A stretch of DNA of 63,993 bases, filler included, from Neolecta irregularis DAH-3 (GCA_001929475.1; 7 parts of 7 records of this genome joined end to end with filler, not necessarily neighbours in it), one strand, 5' to 3'. Numbered from the whole stretch's first letter, positions 48,793 through 61,783 are shown. A program made the numbers and translations. Notes: generated from the sequence alone by a model not told the origin.

Positions 48793-51700
48793 TTAAACAT
48801 CACAAGTTTGTGGGTCCAAGGAATCCAGGTTCCAAATCTCCTCGCAATAAGTTAAAATAGCTCGATCACTGCAGTCAGCAGTATATCAGGTGGAGGGCAT
48901 GCCTCGAAAAGAACCCCATGTTGGCGACGCTAGTGATTGTTTTCTGAGCCCATCCAGATGTATCTTTGTATGCTTCATCGACGAGTTTCTGAGCATCCAG
49001 ATCTATTTATGATTAGAAAATGAAGACTGGGAGGGATGACTCACAAGAACCAAAGTCATCACTCAAAAGATAATGATCTCGACCAAACGTCAATGATCCC
49101 AAAAGATTCGAAAAAAGCGAAGGATCTCCAAAAGTTCCCCTACTCAATGAATTTCCAAAAGGAGACTAGAGGACCCACTTTTCAATCTCGTCGCAGACCT
49201 TTTGCAATTCAGGATCCATCTCACTATCTCCATATCGATGTTTATGACGAAGATCTTCAACACTCTCTGCCAAATGACCGAAAAGAAATATATTCTGTTC
49301 GCCAATTTCTCGAGTAATTTCAATATTTGCACCGTCGACAGTTCCAAGAATTAAACCCCCGTTGAGTACAAACTATACAATGACTAGAATAAAATTAAAA
49401 GAATGATACCTTCATATTTGATGTTCCGCTAGCTTCCGTTCCGGCTGTGGAGATGTGCTGCGATATATCGCTTGCAGGGCTGTAAATTAGTACAAGCACC
49501 TCAAAGAAAAAGAGTAATACATGATAATCTCGGCCTTGGATACGTTATAGTCTGCGATGAACACACATTTCAATTTATCTCCTATTTGTTTATCATTGTT
49601 GATAACATCCCCCACAGCATTGATCAATTTAATAGTCGTCTTGGCTTGGAAATATCCTGGCGCAGCCTTTCCGCCAAATATAAAACAATGAGCGACTTGC
49701 TTTTCAAAATCATCCGGGGACAATGCTTTTAAACCAAGATAACGATGAATGACACCAAAAACCGCAAGGTTTTGTCGCTTATATTCGTGAATCCGTTTCA
49801 CTTGGATATTGAAAAGGGCATCTGGGTTAACTTCAATGCCGTTTGCTTCTTTGATGTAATTTGCAAGTCGAACTGTAATGAGACATGATGCTAGAGAAAG
49901 AAGAAACCTTTATTAGCCCTCTTAACTGCCATCCATTCTTTTTGGAATGCTTTATCATCGGCGTACTCTGAGTAAATCAGACATGAAGAATAAAAGGGCA
50001 CAAACGCTCAAGGTCTTTTAATTCGTCCAACTCTTTCAAAAAGTCCCGGCTTCCAAGCTTCTTTTCGATCAAGTCAGTCAGAGCAGGGTTCGCCTGTTGA
50101 AGCCAACGTCGAGGAGTAATTCCATTAGTTATGTTGGTGAAATGGTCAGGTCCAAAGATTTTCACAAAATCTTTGAAGATTGTGGTTTTAATCAAATCGC
50201 TGTGGAGTTCTGCAACCCCGTTGACCTTGGACGAACCGATGATGGCAAGATATGCCATTCGGATCATTTGAGGTTGTGACTCCTCGATAAGGGAGACACG
50301 AGAAAGGAGATCTCGATCCTGTAAAATTAGTGATAGACAATATACTTTCCCTACTTTGGGGAATCTCTTTTCTACATGTTGGAGAAAGAAAAGATTGATA
50401 TCATAGATAAGTTGAAGATGTCTTGGCAAGAGACTTTGAAGTAGTGGTATTGACCATTTCTCAAGCGCTTCCTAATAGATTCAGGAAAAGGTGCAAAAAA
50501 ACAAGACATACTGGAAGAACGGTGTGATTGGTGTATCCAAAAGTCTTTGTGACCAATTTCCAAGCCTCGTCCCAGGCAAGACCCTCTTCATCGACAAATA
50601 CCCGTTGAAGTTCAACGATAGAAATGGAGGGATGGGTGTCGTTGAGCTGGATTGCAACTTGATCGGGGAATTCTGCCCACGGTCGATTTTGTTTCTTGAA
50701 TCGACGAACAATATCATGAAGTGAAGCACAGACCCAAAAATACTGTTGCTTAAGGCGGAGTTCTTTTCCACGGTCTGTGCTATCATTGGGATATAGTACC
50801 TGGTTTTGATAAACAAGCAAGAGGACGAACGTACCGCGCTGATAGTCTCTGCCTTTTGCTGATCCCGGACAGAATTCTCATAATCCCCGGCATTAAATTT
50901 GTCAAAGTCAAATTCAATGGTTGGTTTACTTCCCCAGAGACGCAAATTATTTGTAGTATGGTTCTTGTACCCAGGAATAGGAGTATCGTACGCTACTGCC
51001 AAGACTATTTCTCCGCCTTCCCAACTGTATCTTGTAGTCCCATTATCGTCTGTATATCGTCTAACGCGACCGCCGAATTGGACAGGGATGTGAATATCCT
51101 TTCGTTCGACTTCCCAGGGGTTGCTGTAGACGAGCCAATTATCCGGCAGTTCTTTCTGGAACCCATCTACGATTATCTGTTTAAAAATGCCGTATTGATA
51201 GCGAAGACCGTAGCCCATTGCCGGATAATCAAGGGAAGCCAAAGAATCTAGAAAACAAGCAGCAAGGCGACCTTTGAGATAAGATTAAATTTGAACCGCA
51301 TATACCTAATCCACCGTTTCCAAGACCGGCATCACCTTCTTCAGTGATGACATCTTCTAGTTTGAAGCCAAGTTCTGAGACGCCGTCTCTGATGACTGGT
51401 TTCATGCCAATATTCAGCATTGCATTATCCAAAGCACGACCCATCAAAAACTCTAAACTCAAGTCTAGCAATCAGCTGGGATTTAATTATGATGATACAG
51501 TAAAGACGTTTTGGGTCTCGAAGGGTATGAGCTTGTTGAGTTTTATTCCAATTAATCACCAAACGATCTTTCATAGCTTGACTCGCAGCCTGATACGCAG
51601 CCAATTCATCACAATTATACAGTGATCTAGCGAGTGTAGTTTCAACATGTCGAACAAATTCCGATTGAAAATCTTCTTTTGTATGAAACTCTTTGACGCT

Positions 51701-51891
51701 GAATTTTCGCCAAGGAGCTTCAGGGACACTTGCTTGTAGAGCTATTCGATCATCTGGTCGTAAACCGGTAAACCTGTGTATACATTGAAGCCCACAAACC
51801 AGATGAACTCTTACGTTCGTTTATGCTGACGACGGAAATCTTCGCGTTGAACATTGATTTCCTCTTGTTGCTGTTCGTTTAGAGTGGACAT
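48793..51891 (-). CDS. GPH1: Glycogen phosphorylase
   Basis: [92 protein letters not shown]. Confidence 0.96.
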
Positions 51892-52145
51892 GATGGTGGT
51901 GGAATTGAAGTGGGGCACAATTTCCAGTCATTCGTATGGCTAGCAGGAATGTCAAGAAACTAGAAATGACTAGTATCCAGACCATTTCTTGTTTAAATAA
52001 ATAATCACTCAAGAAAATGCTTACATGCCAAGACACCGTCCATTCCACTTTTTAATTTCGCTGGACAACAAACTCTATGAACAAGCCCAGCCAATGTAAA
52101 AACACACGCCAAATAAAGAAAAAGCCGAGATATCGCCGATAAGGG

Positions 52146-53874
52146 TTATCTGAAAGAGTGATTATCACGAATATGGTCGTTTAATTCTGAATTTTCAGCT
52201 TCGTTTAAAATGTCCATTTCAGATCTGCGGGAAAGTTGAACATTTGATAGACTTTGATAGAATGTTCGAACTTTAGGGTGCGCCATTACTTTACTCGGTT
52301 CAAATCGCAATATTTGTAAACCGTCTCTAGAAACGGCTCTTGACAACGCGACACTATAAATTAGAAACCCCGCAAAACAAAGAAAGGAAATACTAAGCTT
52401 GGCCCTTTTCAAATACTCTTCCCAAATCAACTTTAACGCGTTCAAGAGTTTGGCCTTGAGCTTTGTGAATGCTGATTGCGTATGCGAGGATCAGCGGCAC
52501 CTGATTTCTAGCCGCTTGAATTTCTCCACTGGGTAATTCTATTTTCCACGATTCAGGTTGAACGAGGAGATCTCGGGTCATTCCCGACGATAAATTGAAA
52601 CGAACTAGAGGCCAGGTTTTAGCTGTAGCAGCCGCAGCTTGTAACTGTTTTAGATGGTTACGTTTTCTAGCTCGAGTAGATGATTCATCATCATCTTGTT
52701 CACCAAGATCAAAGGGATCGTTGAAAGCGGCGTCTCCATCTTGTTCATATAACTGAAATGTCTTTTCATTCATAAAGCCCAAAACGATACCCAAGCTTCC
52801 ATTAACCAACTGTTCATCAAAATTTTTAATAAGCATGACTTGAGAATTTGGTTTTAATTCAAGATTTTGAGGGGCCATGCAATTTGACAGTAATTTTTCG
52901 CGAAAAGATTTATCGGTGACTGTGCCCGAGTCGGTCGCCGTAAAAACTTTGACATCGCCTTTTAAAGCCGACATTCTTGCAGAGTTTGCACGGTCGACTT
53001 CTTGACGGGTAGGAAAGCTTGAATGAGCAGGGGGGATTAATACAAGAAGAATACAGTTCAGTTGGGAGGATTCCATCTTTATATTGTGGTGGTCTTGATA
53101 ATTCTTTGAATTTTGTGATTGATTTATCTGATAAAGCGCCTAAGCGCATTTCGTTGAGCATATTTACGAATTCTGGGGTTAATTTGGTTACACAAAAGAC
53201 ATACCTTGATCTTTTTGACGAAAGACGTGGTTGAGGGAAATGGTATGATCTATAGCCGTTTTCCAAGCCACTGCCTCGAAAGCGAATTTTGCCGCTTTAG
53301 AAGCTTGGGGGACGGGGGGTAACTGGAAAAAGTCGCCGGTGATGACTATTTGAATGCCGCCGAACACTTTACCGTTATTTTTCAATTTTGCAGCAATATT
53401 TTGTAGTTTGTCAAACAAGTCTGCGTCGACCATGGAGACTAGAGATGAAGAGCGGGGCAAGAAGGATATTACTCTCGTCGACGATTAAAACTTTTACTCT
53501 AGCCCACCTCATGAGGGATTTTCTGCTTTTCTTTATTTTTTTGACGAGGTCGTCGAGGGGCTCTTTGCCGAGACCGATGCCGGCAAAGGAATGGAGGGTT
53601 ACGCCGCCGATGTTGCAAGCGGCGAGGCCGGTGCTGGCGGTGACGGCGACGTGGTCATACTCGCCTTTGTATTTTACGCGGAGGGCTTTGATGAGTTCTC
53701 TGAGGAGGACGGACTTGCCGGTGCCTGGGGGGTCAGAAGGAATTAGGGAGAGAGGAGAGACCGGCGGAGCCAGTGAAGAAGATGCTCTTGGACTGGTGGA
53801 CGGCGAGATCGATGACTGCGCGTTGTTCGAGGGAGAGGAAGATGGGGGCGACGCGGCGGGGGAGGGGCGGGGGG
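52146..53874 (-). CDS. PIF1: Pif1-family 5'-3' DNA helicase (5' end lost in the gap)
   Basis: [73 protein letters not shown]. Confidence 0.93.
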
Positions 53875-54411
53875 NNNNNNNNNNNNNNNNNNNNNNNNNN
53901 NNNNNNNNNNNNNNNNNNTTAATTAATTAANNNNNNNNNNNNNNNNNNNNNNNNNNNNNNNNNNNNNNNNNNNNTTTACGTTTTTTTTTGGCGAGGTGTC
54001 GCGTAAAGGGGGGTGTCGCTTAAGTCGGTGTTGAGCTTATACCTGCCAATCCGATAACATCTACCACTTGTCTGGTAAGAACATTAGTTCTTATAACCTC
54101 AGCTTACAATTATCATATTTGTTTATAAATGTGCGTTAGTTAGGACATCTGAAAATTTTAACCCGAATATTTGTGTCAAAAAGGCATTATTGGCGTGGAA
54201 ATTCAAAAACTTGCGTAGTCTAGACAGTGTATTGGGCAAAAAAACTAAGGAAATTTGGCCATTGATCAAAGCATGGCATCAACCACTTTTAGGAAATGAG
54301 ATGATGTAGTGTTTATTTCCACACTATGGCTAAACACTTTAAGAAGCAAATTGTCCTTATATTGCCATAGGCCAGCCCGTTTTCCAGTATCATATTCGCT
54401 AATAGCCAGTC

Positions 54412-54750
54412 ATGTTGGCATTGATATCATTCGTAATGTGGTTCCTCTCAGTTGCACCAGTTCCATTCGAAGATAAACAGTCGCTCGCACTGGAATCAGC
54501 CAAAGGATATTCGCAAGTTGCAACTTTTCTTTCGCCGAGAAGATCACCGGTCCTGTTGATCAAGTTCAAACATCCCCTTGAGGATGGTGAAGAAGTCTCA
54601 GATGAATATTGGGATTCTGTACTCCAAGGCAAAATTCAAGCGCATTCGGCTCGGACTATACCTGTGGATACACGGACGAATACGCAGAATGGTATAAAGC
54701 GCACAGGATCGCCGTCCTATCACACTCCTGCATCGTCTAAGAACCAATAA
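54412..54750 (+). CDS. Hypothetical small protein with a possible signal peptide
   Basis: 112-aa ORF starting MLALISFVMWFLSVAP; no recognisable domain. Confidence 0.3.
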   Translation: MLALISFVMWFLSVAPVPFEDKQSLALESAKGYSQVATFLSPRRSPVLLIKFKHPLEDGEEVSDEYWDSVLQGKIQAHSARTIPVDTRTNTQNGIKRTGSPSYHTPASSKNQ

Positions 54751-54979
54751 TCAATCACAGATGGATTATAGCAACCTTGTAGTGACTATTATTTTTGTAA
54801 AAGTCACCATCAATAAGCTTTTTTATGAATGTGTCCTTTCCCACCTGTAGAAACTGGAATTGTAAGGATATACCCCTCGGGTATACCCTTACCAATACGG
54901 CAATACCATACCTGCATATGGGCTTACGCGTACCTAACCAAGTTTGCGTTTGGTTGGCACCAAAAAAATTCAAATTTTA

Positions 54980-55773
54980 GGCGTGCGTTTGGTGCGCTTC
55001 AAATTTCATGAAATGTGGCTTTTTTTAAAATTCATATTATCAGCGCGCGTTTGGTGCGCTCGTAATATGGCTTTCCGAAAATTCGAATTTTAAGCGTGGG
55101 TTTGGTGAGGATCCTCCCAAATTCTTCCAAAAAAACAGGTGTGCTGCAGACGCCCTCGCAGGACCCGCGCCTTAGAGGCATTGTCCTGCCGGCCATGCTG
55201 TATCCAGATGCTGCCGCTGATGCCCGTCCGGAGACGGAGTAGGGGATGGTCTGGACGAGGTGGGCGCAGCGAGCGAGGAGGGTGATGGCGGTGCTCTCGA
55301 CGCCGGGATGATGAGGGCATGATGGGCAGGGCCCTGACAGGGAGTGCATGGGCAAGGCGGGCGAGCCAAATTTTATAAAATATGGAGCGAACCAAACTCG
55401 CTCCTAAAATTCGAATTTCAAGAAAAGCCTGTGGCAGAAAAACGGTACACGTAGTATTTCTGGTTATCTGATGGGTCTTTCTATTATTATACGTTTCCTT
55501 GGTTTACTACAATGACGTGGCTCATAATTGTAAAACTACAAGTAGTCATATAATGCTCTATCCATCCACGCAAAGAATCGATGGAACGTTTTCGCTTCAT
55601 CTCCTCTAAGAATCGGTTCTGATATATATCAGAATCCCCCTGAAAAGTTCTACAACAAGAATCTGCGCGACAAGCCCTATTTTATAAAATGTGGAGCGCA
55701 CCAAACGCGCTCCTAAAATTCGAATTTTTAAAAGCCACATTTTATGAAATTTGGCACGCACCAAACGCAGCCC
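54980..55773. mobile_element. PIF/Harbinger (Tourist)-like non-autonomous element with long TIRs and subterminal repeats
   Basis: GGCGTGCGTTTGGTGCGC...AAATTTCATGAAATGTGGCTTTT (54980-55061) is inverted at ~55690-55773 (CCAAACGCAGCCC). TTA precedes the left end; GCGTTTGGTGCGC and AAATTCGAATTTT motifs repeat. Confidence 0.75.
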
Positions 55774-55788
55774 AAGTACAATTACTTA

Positions 55789-56001
55789 TGTTAGAATATA
55801 CAGGATCTTATTCGCACTTCGGGCGATCATTTACAGAGGTCCTCGGGTACAAATAAGATTGGGTTATATTGTTCTAGCTTGAGTTATGAGAACCTCACAG
55901 GATGCACACCTAGCTTGAGTTACGAGAACCTAAGCTAGGGGTGATACGTATTCCTCAGCCACTGACCGTATTGGAAGGATATAGCGGACTATATCCTTAC
56001 A
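55789..56001 (-). mobile_element. Probable solo LTR of the TGTAAGGATATA family
   Basis: Plus strand TGTTAG...CCTTACA; terminal sequence shared with 43901 and 54861; internal direct repeat CTAGCTTGAGTTAYGAGAACCT; no clear TSD. Confidence 0.55.
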
Positions 56002-57132
56002 ATAATTATTAGTGTTGTAGTATGTCTATGATTAGGCTGATTAGACTGATGTCGACTACTCACATATGAGCTCGAAGATAGAACCACGGAGACAAGATAC
56101 AACACAACACAACATATATTCCCAAAAAAAATATTTTTAAAGATCAATTTTTAAGGGACATGTGTAGATGGATCATGTAGGTAGTTTGGCCTCGTCACAA
56201 ATGAGAAGAATATCTGATCCGCGAATACCGTGCTTTCCTAGCACAGAAATAGAGGTCTATCCATTGTGTATTTTTCTAGCTAGACTAATCATGAAGACTG
56301 AAAATTCATCAATATGTAAACAGAACAATGAAGGCAAATCATAATTATTCTCTAAAAAGCCACAAATATCTCTAATGTTTGACATCGCACAAGTTTAGGT
56401 CGGTCGTTTGCATCATGATGTCTCATTCTACCGGCTATATTTTTACAAGACAAAGAAAAGGACTCCAACAGTAAACGTGATACATATTGGCTAATTTAAA
56501 ACAAGCCCATTTCCCCTTCTTCACTACCTAGTCTTGAGACATAGAGGTTAGTAAGCCACCGTATGAAACTACTCGGGTTTTATGATTGAATGCTGTCAAA
56601 ACGAGTTCATCGTGGTCGCTGATATACGAGATGAATATTACTGTTGGCCATCAAACATGTATAGAAAGAAGCGTTTTTTGATAGTAGCAAGCAGGCAGCA
56701 AGACCCAAGTCTCGTGCCAGGAAAGAAGGAAAAGACGAAGAAAAGGAGGGAAAAATTGGTGATGAATACGCTTCCGAGTCCAAAGGCATGAGCGAAACAA
56801 GAAACTGCCGGAAGTTGGGGTTTTCTGATTCTACACTCGAACTTGGAATGTAGTGTTGAATTCGCTAGAGGGCGGATTCGTTCGATCATGCTAGAAAAAA
56901 ATGACCCATACTAATTAATTTTGGAAACCAGTTGGGTTCGTTGTAAGGAGGAATTCGTTGTATGGAGGTTCCCGATAGCCAGGTTGTTAATCCACTGAAT
57001 ATTCAAGTTTGTTCACTTTTCCCGGACATCTGAGACAACTTGTCTCGGTATCACTAGATGCGTAGAAATAAAAAGGCCGGGTTCTTCTGCTTTAGGCTGA
57101 AGTTTTCTCACCATTAGAAAGTCGTTGTCGGT

Positions 57133-57717
57133 ATGAGGATAAGCATAATACTTGCTGGGCTAGCAGCATCTGTCACCGCGGAGAAAGTCTACTTTAAAGC
57201 GATCGGTCTTAACTACGACCAGTTAGTTAATGGAAATGCCCAGTGCGAGAACAGTGATGAAGACAGTCAATTTCCTTTATCTTTCGATTCGACTTCGGGC
57301 GGATTATTCCTAGATACGAACATTGTTCCGAATCCAGCCGTATTCACACTTCGCTTGGATCCCTCCAAGAATAAAGTCCCAAACAAGATGAGATGGGCAT
57401 TATTAGAAGAAAGCTCAAAGTTTGTTTTGGAGTCGAATGGTATGTTTGCGGTAGTAGCGTCGGCACAAATTGGAGACGTGACGTTTCCCTATGCTGCAGG
57501 GTTTGATGCTCAATTTTCCGGCGAAAACGGCTGTCCCAACGATCTTGAAGTACTGACTTGGAGAAATGCTTCGTGGTTTTGTTTGAAGGATCAAGACGGG
57601 ACAGGAGAAAAGAAATTGTATATCATAGACGTAAAAGCCTTTCGGGAGGGTTCGTGTGAGCCTGTGATGTTGAAGAAAGTCATAGTTCCGGAAAGCAGTT
57701 ATTGTAACATCTTGTAA
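57133..57717 (+). CDS. Small secreted protein, 194 aa, intronless
   Basis: Signal peptide MRISIILAGLAASVTA; C-terminal SWFCLK...LYII...GSCEPVML. Confidence 0.8.
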   Translation: MRISIILAGLAASVTAEKVYFKAIGLNYDQLVNGNAQCENSDEDSQFPLSFDSTSGGLFLDTNIVPNPAVFTLRLDPSKNKVPNKMRWALLEESSKFVLESNGMFAVVASAQIGDVTFPYAAGFDAQFSGENGCPNDLEVLTWRNASWFCLKDQDGTGEKKLYIIDVKAFREGSCEPVMLKKVIVPESSYCNIL

Positions 57718-57897
57718 ATTGTATATTCAACATAAGATGTAATAAATTCTAAATTCGTTAAAAGTATATACTTTATACTCCTGCAAAAGGTAATTGTTAA
57801 TAAGTGAAGTGTAGAGGACCGAAGAAAGAAGAAAATTCACCACATTCCTCTAAGTTTAACTCCAATAATGAAACAAATTAACAACAAGACAAAAAGA

Positions 57898-59446
57898 TCA
57901 CTTCTCATAAGAGTAGTATCGATAACTAGCTCGAACATCATATCTTCGTCTTCGTAAAAGATTGAGCTTTCGTTCATGCCATCGGCCAATAGGATTTCGC
58001 AAGACTTCGGCATTTTTGACATACCATTCTCGTCGTCCTCTATCAGAAACTACATTCCAACTTTGCGGATGATCATTTGAAGGTAAACCTTGCAAGAATT
58101 TCAAGACTTGTCGATCGAATTCGAGGGATCGAATTTTGTTGCTTCCCATTTGAACCCAGTAGATAAAATGGATGATTTCAGTGTGAGTGAGGCCATGTTT
58201 TGCTCGTCCCCGGAGATCGAGGTAGCCGATATTTGGAAGGTAATTTTCGATCGCTGTTTGAATTCCGTTACAACGAACTTCGGTGTTCATGATTCCGAGT
58301 TCTCCGAGCGCCGGTGGAAGAAAACGTAGCTGAGCATCTGTGATAGGTGACCCTCCCAGATCAAGCCATACCATAGCCCTTGGAAGACGTGGCAAAAGGC
58401 AATTCAAATCCGCAAGGGTTAGGGGATAGACTCTTGTTCGTTCAAAGTAGAGATCGAGGTGTGCAAGAGTTAACGCAGCTGGATGCGTTGCGAGAAATTG
58501 AATGATTGCCGATCCTGTTAAACTGGTGCATCTTGATAAACTTAGATGCGTAAGGCGACAACTATTCGGAATACTGAGTAATGCGCGTGACGTGACATTA
58601 GTGCGAGAAAGATCAAGAAAAGTTAGACGAGCACACCGCGGTAACATTCCTTCAAACACAGACGCTGAAAGGTTATTGCATTCGTAAAAGGAAAGCCGTT
58701 GGAAATCTGGAAATGGCGATGTTTTAGATGTTGAATACTCTGACTTGGCAAACGTCGAAAGAGAAGTTCTGAACAACTCTCCAGTAGCGCTGCAGAGATC
58801 CAAAATTCTTAGTTTTTGCAGACCAGTGAATATTTTGCAGAAAATCTGAATATCCAGGTCTGGTTCTACTGCCTCTGTAAGATAAAGCTGGTGATGTTAA
58901 AATTTCGCTTAAAAATCTTGCGCTATACCTCTTCAAGGTTGGGCAGCAAGTTAAGACACTCGAGCAACGTTTTAGCCGTAAATAATTGGATTTCCTGATT
59001 CATTCTTTGCGATCTGGACAAGCCTACGGCCGTGAAACCTGAAAAGTCCAGAGAGCGGACGAGTTTCCCGTTTCCCGTTCTTTTTAGTGTTTGCAAAAAC
59101 TAAAAACGAGGATCAGCAGGATAATCCAGGCGGCTGCACACACCTCTGCAAAGACGTGGGAGGATGATATGGGAATATGTGCATAGAGAAAAGGCAGAGC
59201 AATAGCATGGAGATGCTGCGAGACCTGGACACAGTTACGGATGTCTGCGAGGACGCGGTAGATGCCTCTGCGGGAATCCTGCCACAGGGTCTCTATGATT
59301 TTGATGAGTATTTCGGGAGGAAAAGACTGGATCGTTGTGGGGAGCGGCGAAAGTGTTTGGAGCTGCAAATTGGGGAGCGACGGGGGAGTCCCGAGACTAG
59401 AACAAGCGGCAAAATCGCAGATTGCAAAGGCGGCACAGGCTGGCAT
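57898..59446 (-). CDS. F-box/LRR protein (YLR352W/Pof5-like)
   Basis: F-box SFPPEILIKII; LDFSGFTAVGLSRSQRMNQEIQ; LRRs LTFLDLSRTNVT, LTHLSLSRC; two introns. Confidence 0.8.
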
Positions 59447-60036
59447 TCTCAGATTTTTCGCTTCTGCTTTCCAGTTGAAAAGAGTCGAAAGGAGTAGAAG
59501 AGACCAAAAATTAGGTCGGAGGCGGGGCAAGCGTGGTATTTGATTCAAAAGTACCAAGGTCAGCCGATCTCTTTGGGCTTTTCGAGTTTCCAAGTCACCT
59601 GGATCAACCAGGATCCGCAATAGCCGCACTCCATGAGTCTAAATCATGAATATTCTTCAAGTCAGCCAGCAGGTGAAAATGTCCACGGTCTGCATGTAGA
59701 ACTAGACCCTGCAAAGCAGGACACTGCCAGTCCGGCCACCTGCAATTCTGCATTTTCCAAAACTATAACGGGGACCGTTCCCGTTCTTGATTTTTGTTTG
59801 TTGGCGTGTCCCATGCTCTTGGACACCGCTCGGGGCCTCGTATGGAGGCAATGTGGACCCTGGGCGTCGCTAAATCTGGGCAAAGATGCGAAAGACACAC
59901 GTTTAAATGTGGCTGCAACCCTATAAAACCCTCCTTGGCGCCCCTGTTGTCTTTTGTTCCAGCATCTTTGTTTAACAACCTCCACTAACCCTCATCAGAG
60001 TCCGGCCCTCTTTCATTCTTTACATTCGCTTTGAAG

Positions 60037-60840
60037 ATGCGATTTGCCGCTGGCAGCAAGTTGGTTTTTGCCGTGTTGTGCCTTTCGCCACTCGGGTACG
60101 GTCAGCCTCTTTTCAACCAGCCGGCTGTGTTGGGGAGACGATCTACAGTGCCAAAACACTCTCATCATGTCCGCAACGATCACAAGAAACGCGGGTCCGT
60201 AAACTGCGTTACTGTCACGGACATGGTCACTGAAACCGTCTGGGTTGGCCCTTCCGCGGTCCCCGTCCCTGAGAGTTTGGGAAGCACAGTGTATATGACC
60301 AGCACTATATACGAGCCGTATTCAGCCCCTGCTGCAACTGGAGCGGCATCTCCTGCATCACCAGATATACAACTACCCAGCGCAGCAGCTACTCCTTTGG
60401 CGCATTTCGCAGTCGCAAAACCCAGTACACTCGCCGCCTCTACATCAGCTTCAACTCAAACTGTTGCCCAGGCTGATACTTCCAAATCAGGGACCTTCAC
60501 CGGCCAAGGAACGTTCTACGCCCCTGGTCTTGGCGCGTGTGGAGTTCATAGCGAAAACTCGGATTTCATCGTCGCCATTTCTCATTCGCTTTTCGACAGT
60601 AAAGGCACTGGAAACCCCAACGATAATCCCCTATGTCACCAAAAGATCCAGGCTTTTAGAAATGGTCAGTCGGTAAACGTTACTGTCCTAGATCGGTATG
60701 TATTTTTACTCTTGATAACTCTAACGTACAGTTGCACTGGTTGCGCCGAATACGACCTCGATTTCTCACCATCAGCTTTTAATCAACTCGCTACAGAAAT
60801 CGAGGGCAGAGTCGATATCAGCTGGCATTGGACCAACTGA
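60037..60840 (+). CDS. Secreted RlpA-like double-psi beta-barrel (expansin/loosenin-like) protein
   Basis: Signal peptide, S/T/A-rich linker, FTGQGTFYAPGLGACG, NPNDNPLC, DRCTGCAEYDLDFSPSAF, GRVDISW; one 36-nt intron. Confidence 0.9.
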   Translation: MRFAAGSKLVFAVLCLSPLGYGQPLFNQPAVLGRRSTVPKHSHHVRNDHKKRGSVNCVTVTDMVTETVWVGPSAVPVPESLGSTVYMTSTIYEPYSAPAATGAASPASPDIQLPSAAATPLAHFAVAKPSTLAASTSASTQTVAQADTSKSGTFTGQGTFYAPGLGACGVHSENSDFIVAISHSLFDSKGTGNPNDNPLCHQKIQAFRNGQSVNVTVLDRYVFLLLITLTYSCTGCAEYDLDFSPSAFNQLATEIEGRVDISWHWTN

Positions 60841-61218
60841 TGATCTCTCTAATCTCTCTCTTTTTATGCGTTCTTGTACATGACTCGTTGAAATTACATA
60901 TCTCAATTATCAGGTTTTTGGGATTTCGAAATTGCTACTGTTATCTTGTCATCCTGGTAAGACGGAATTTGGCCTCGTCGTCTGCCCTGTAGCAAATATA
61001 GCAATGTCCTATAGAAATACTCTAGAAAAGTGCCAGGACATCCTTTTAAGGCACTTCCAGGTCAAACTGCCGTGTACTACCAGTTTTAATACCCAGCAGT
61101 CTCGCAACATTCCTTCCGTATCCTAGTTTCAAATCCAAAGCGATAAAACCACATCATTTTCAGAAATTCGGGTCAAACATGACAATCTTGTTTACCAGGA
61201 TTGCGCCAAAAGGTTATA

Positions 61219-61340
61219 CAGTCGAACCTGGCTATAGGAAATCTCTGCACACCGAATTTCTCCTTATAACGAACCCAAATGATTTCCAAAATTAATTTGT
61301 ATGGGGTTTAACGAATTTAAACCTTACTACGAGGTTTGTT
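61219..61340 (+). mobile_element. Partial copy of the pogo-type MITE at 26167
   Basis: TA|CAGTCGAACCTGGCTA..., TATAACGAA, AAAATTAATT shared with 26167-26250. Confidence 0.7.
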
Positions 61341-61611
61341 AGATTAATGCCAAATTTGTTATAAAAAGCAGATATGAAACCCCATTCCACTATTACAAAT
61401 ATGGAATGTACCACAAGGATTGGACAAGGATATCACACAGGAACATTGTAATGTTTAAGGAATCATGATTAGTATATAAAATGAGCGGATTGTGACCACC
61501 TAGCTGATATACTCGTATCTTGAGATGCTAGAACTATCTCTGATTCTTATTCGTACAGATGTTTCCTACTTACACATCGAGAGGACAGTCATCCGGTCTA
61601 TTCTGTCCTTA

Positions 61612-61683
61612 GCCCTGTCCTCTATCCTCTATCCTCTATCCTCTATCCTCTATCCTCTATCCTCTATCCTCTATCCTCTATCC
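61612..61683. repeat. Heptanucleotide microsatellite (TCTATCC)n at a contig end
   Basis: About 9 perfect units preceded by degenerate CTGTCC units. Confidence 0.97.
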
Positions 61684-61783
61684 NNNNNNNNNNNNNNNNN
61701 NNNNNNNNNNNNNNNNNNNNNNNNNNNTTAATTAATTAANNNNNNNNNNNNNNNNNNNNNNNNNNNNNNNNNNNNNNNNNNNN

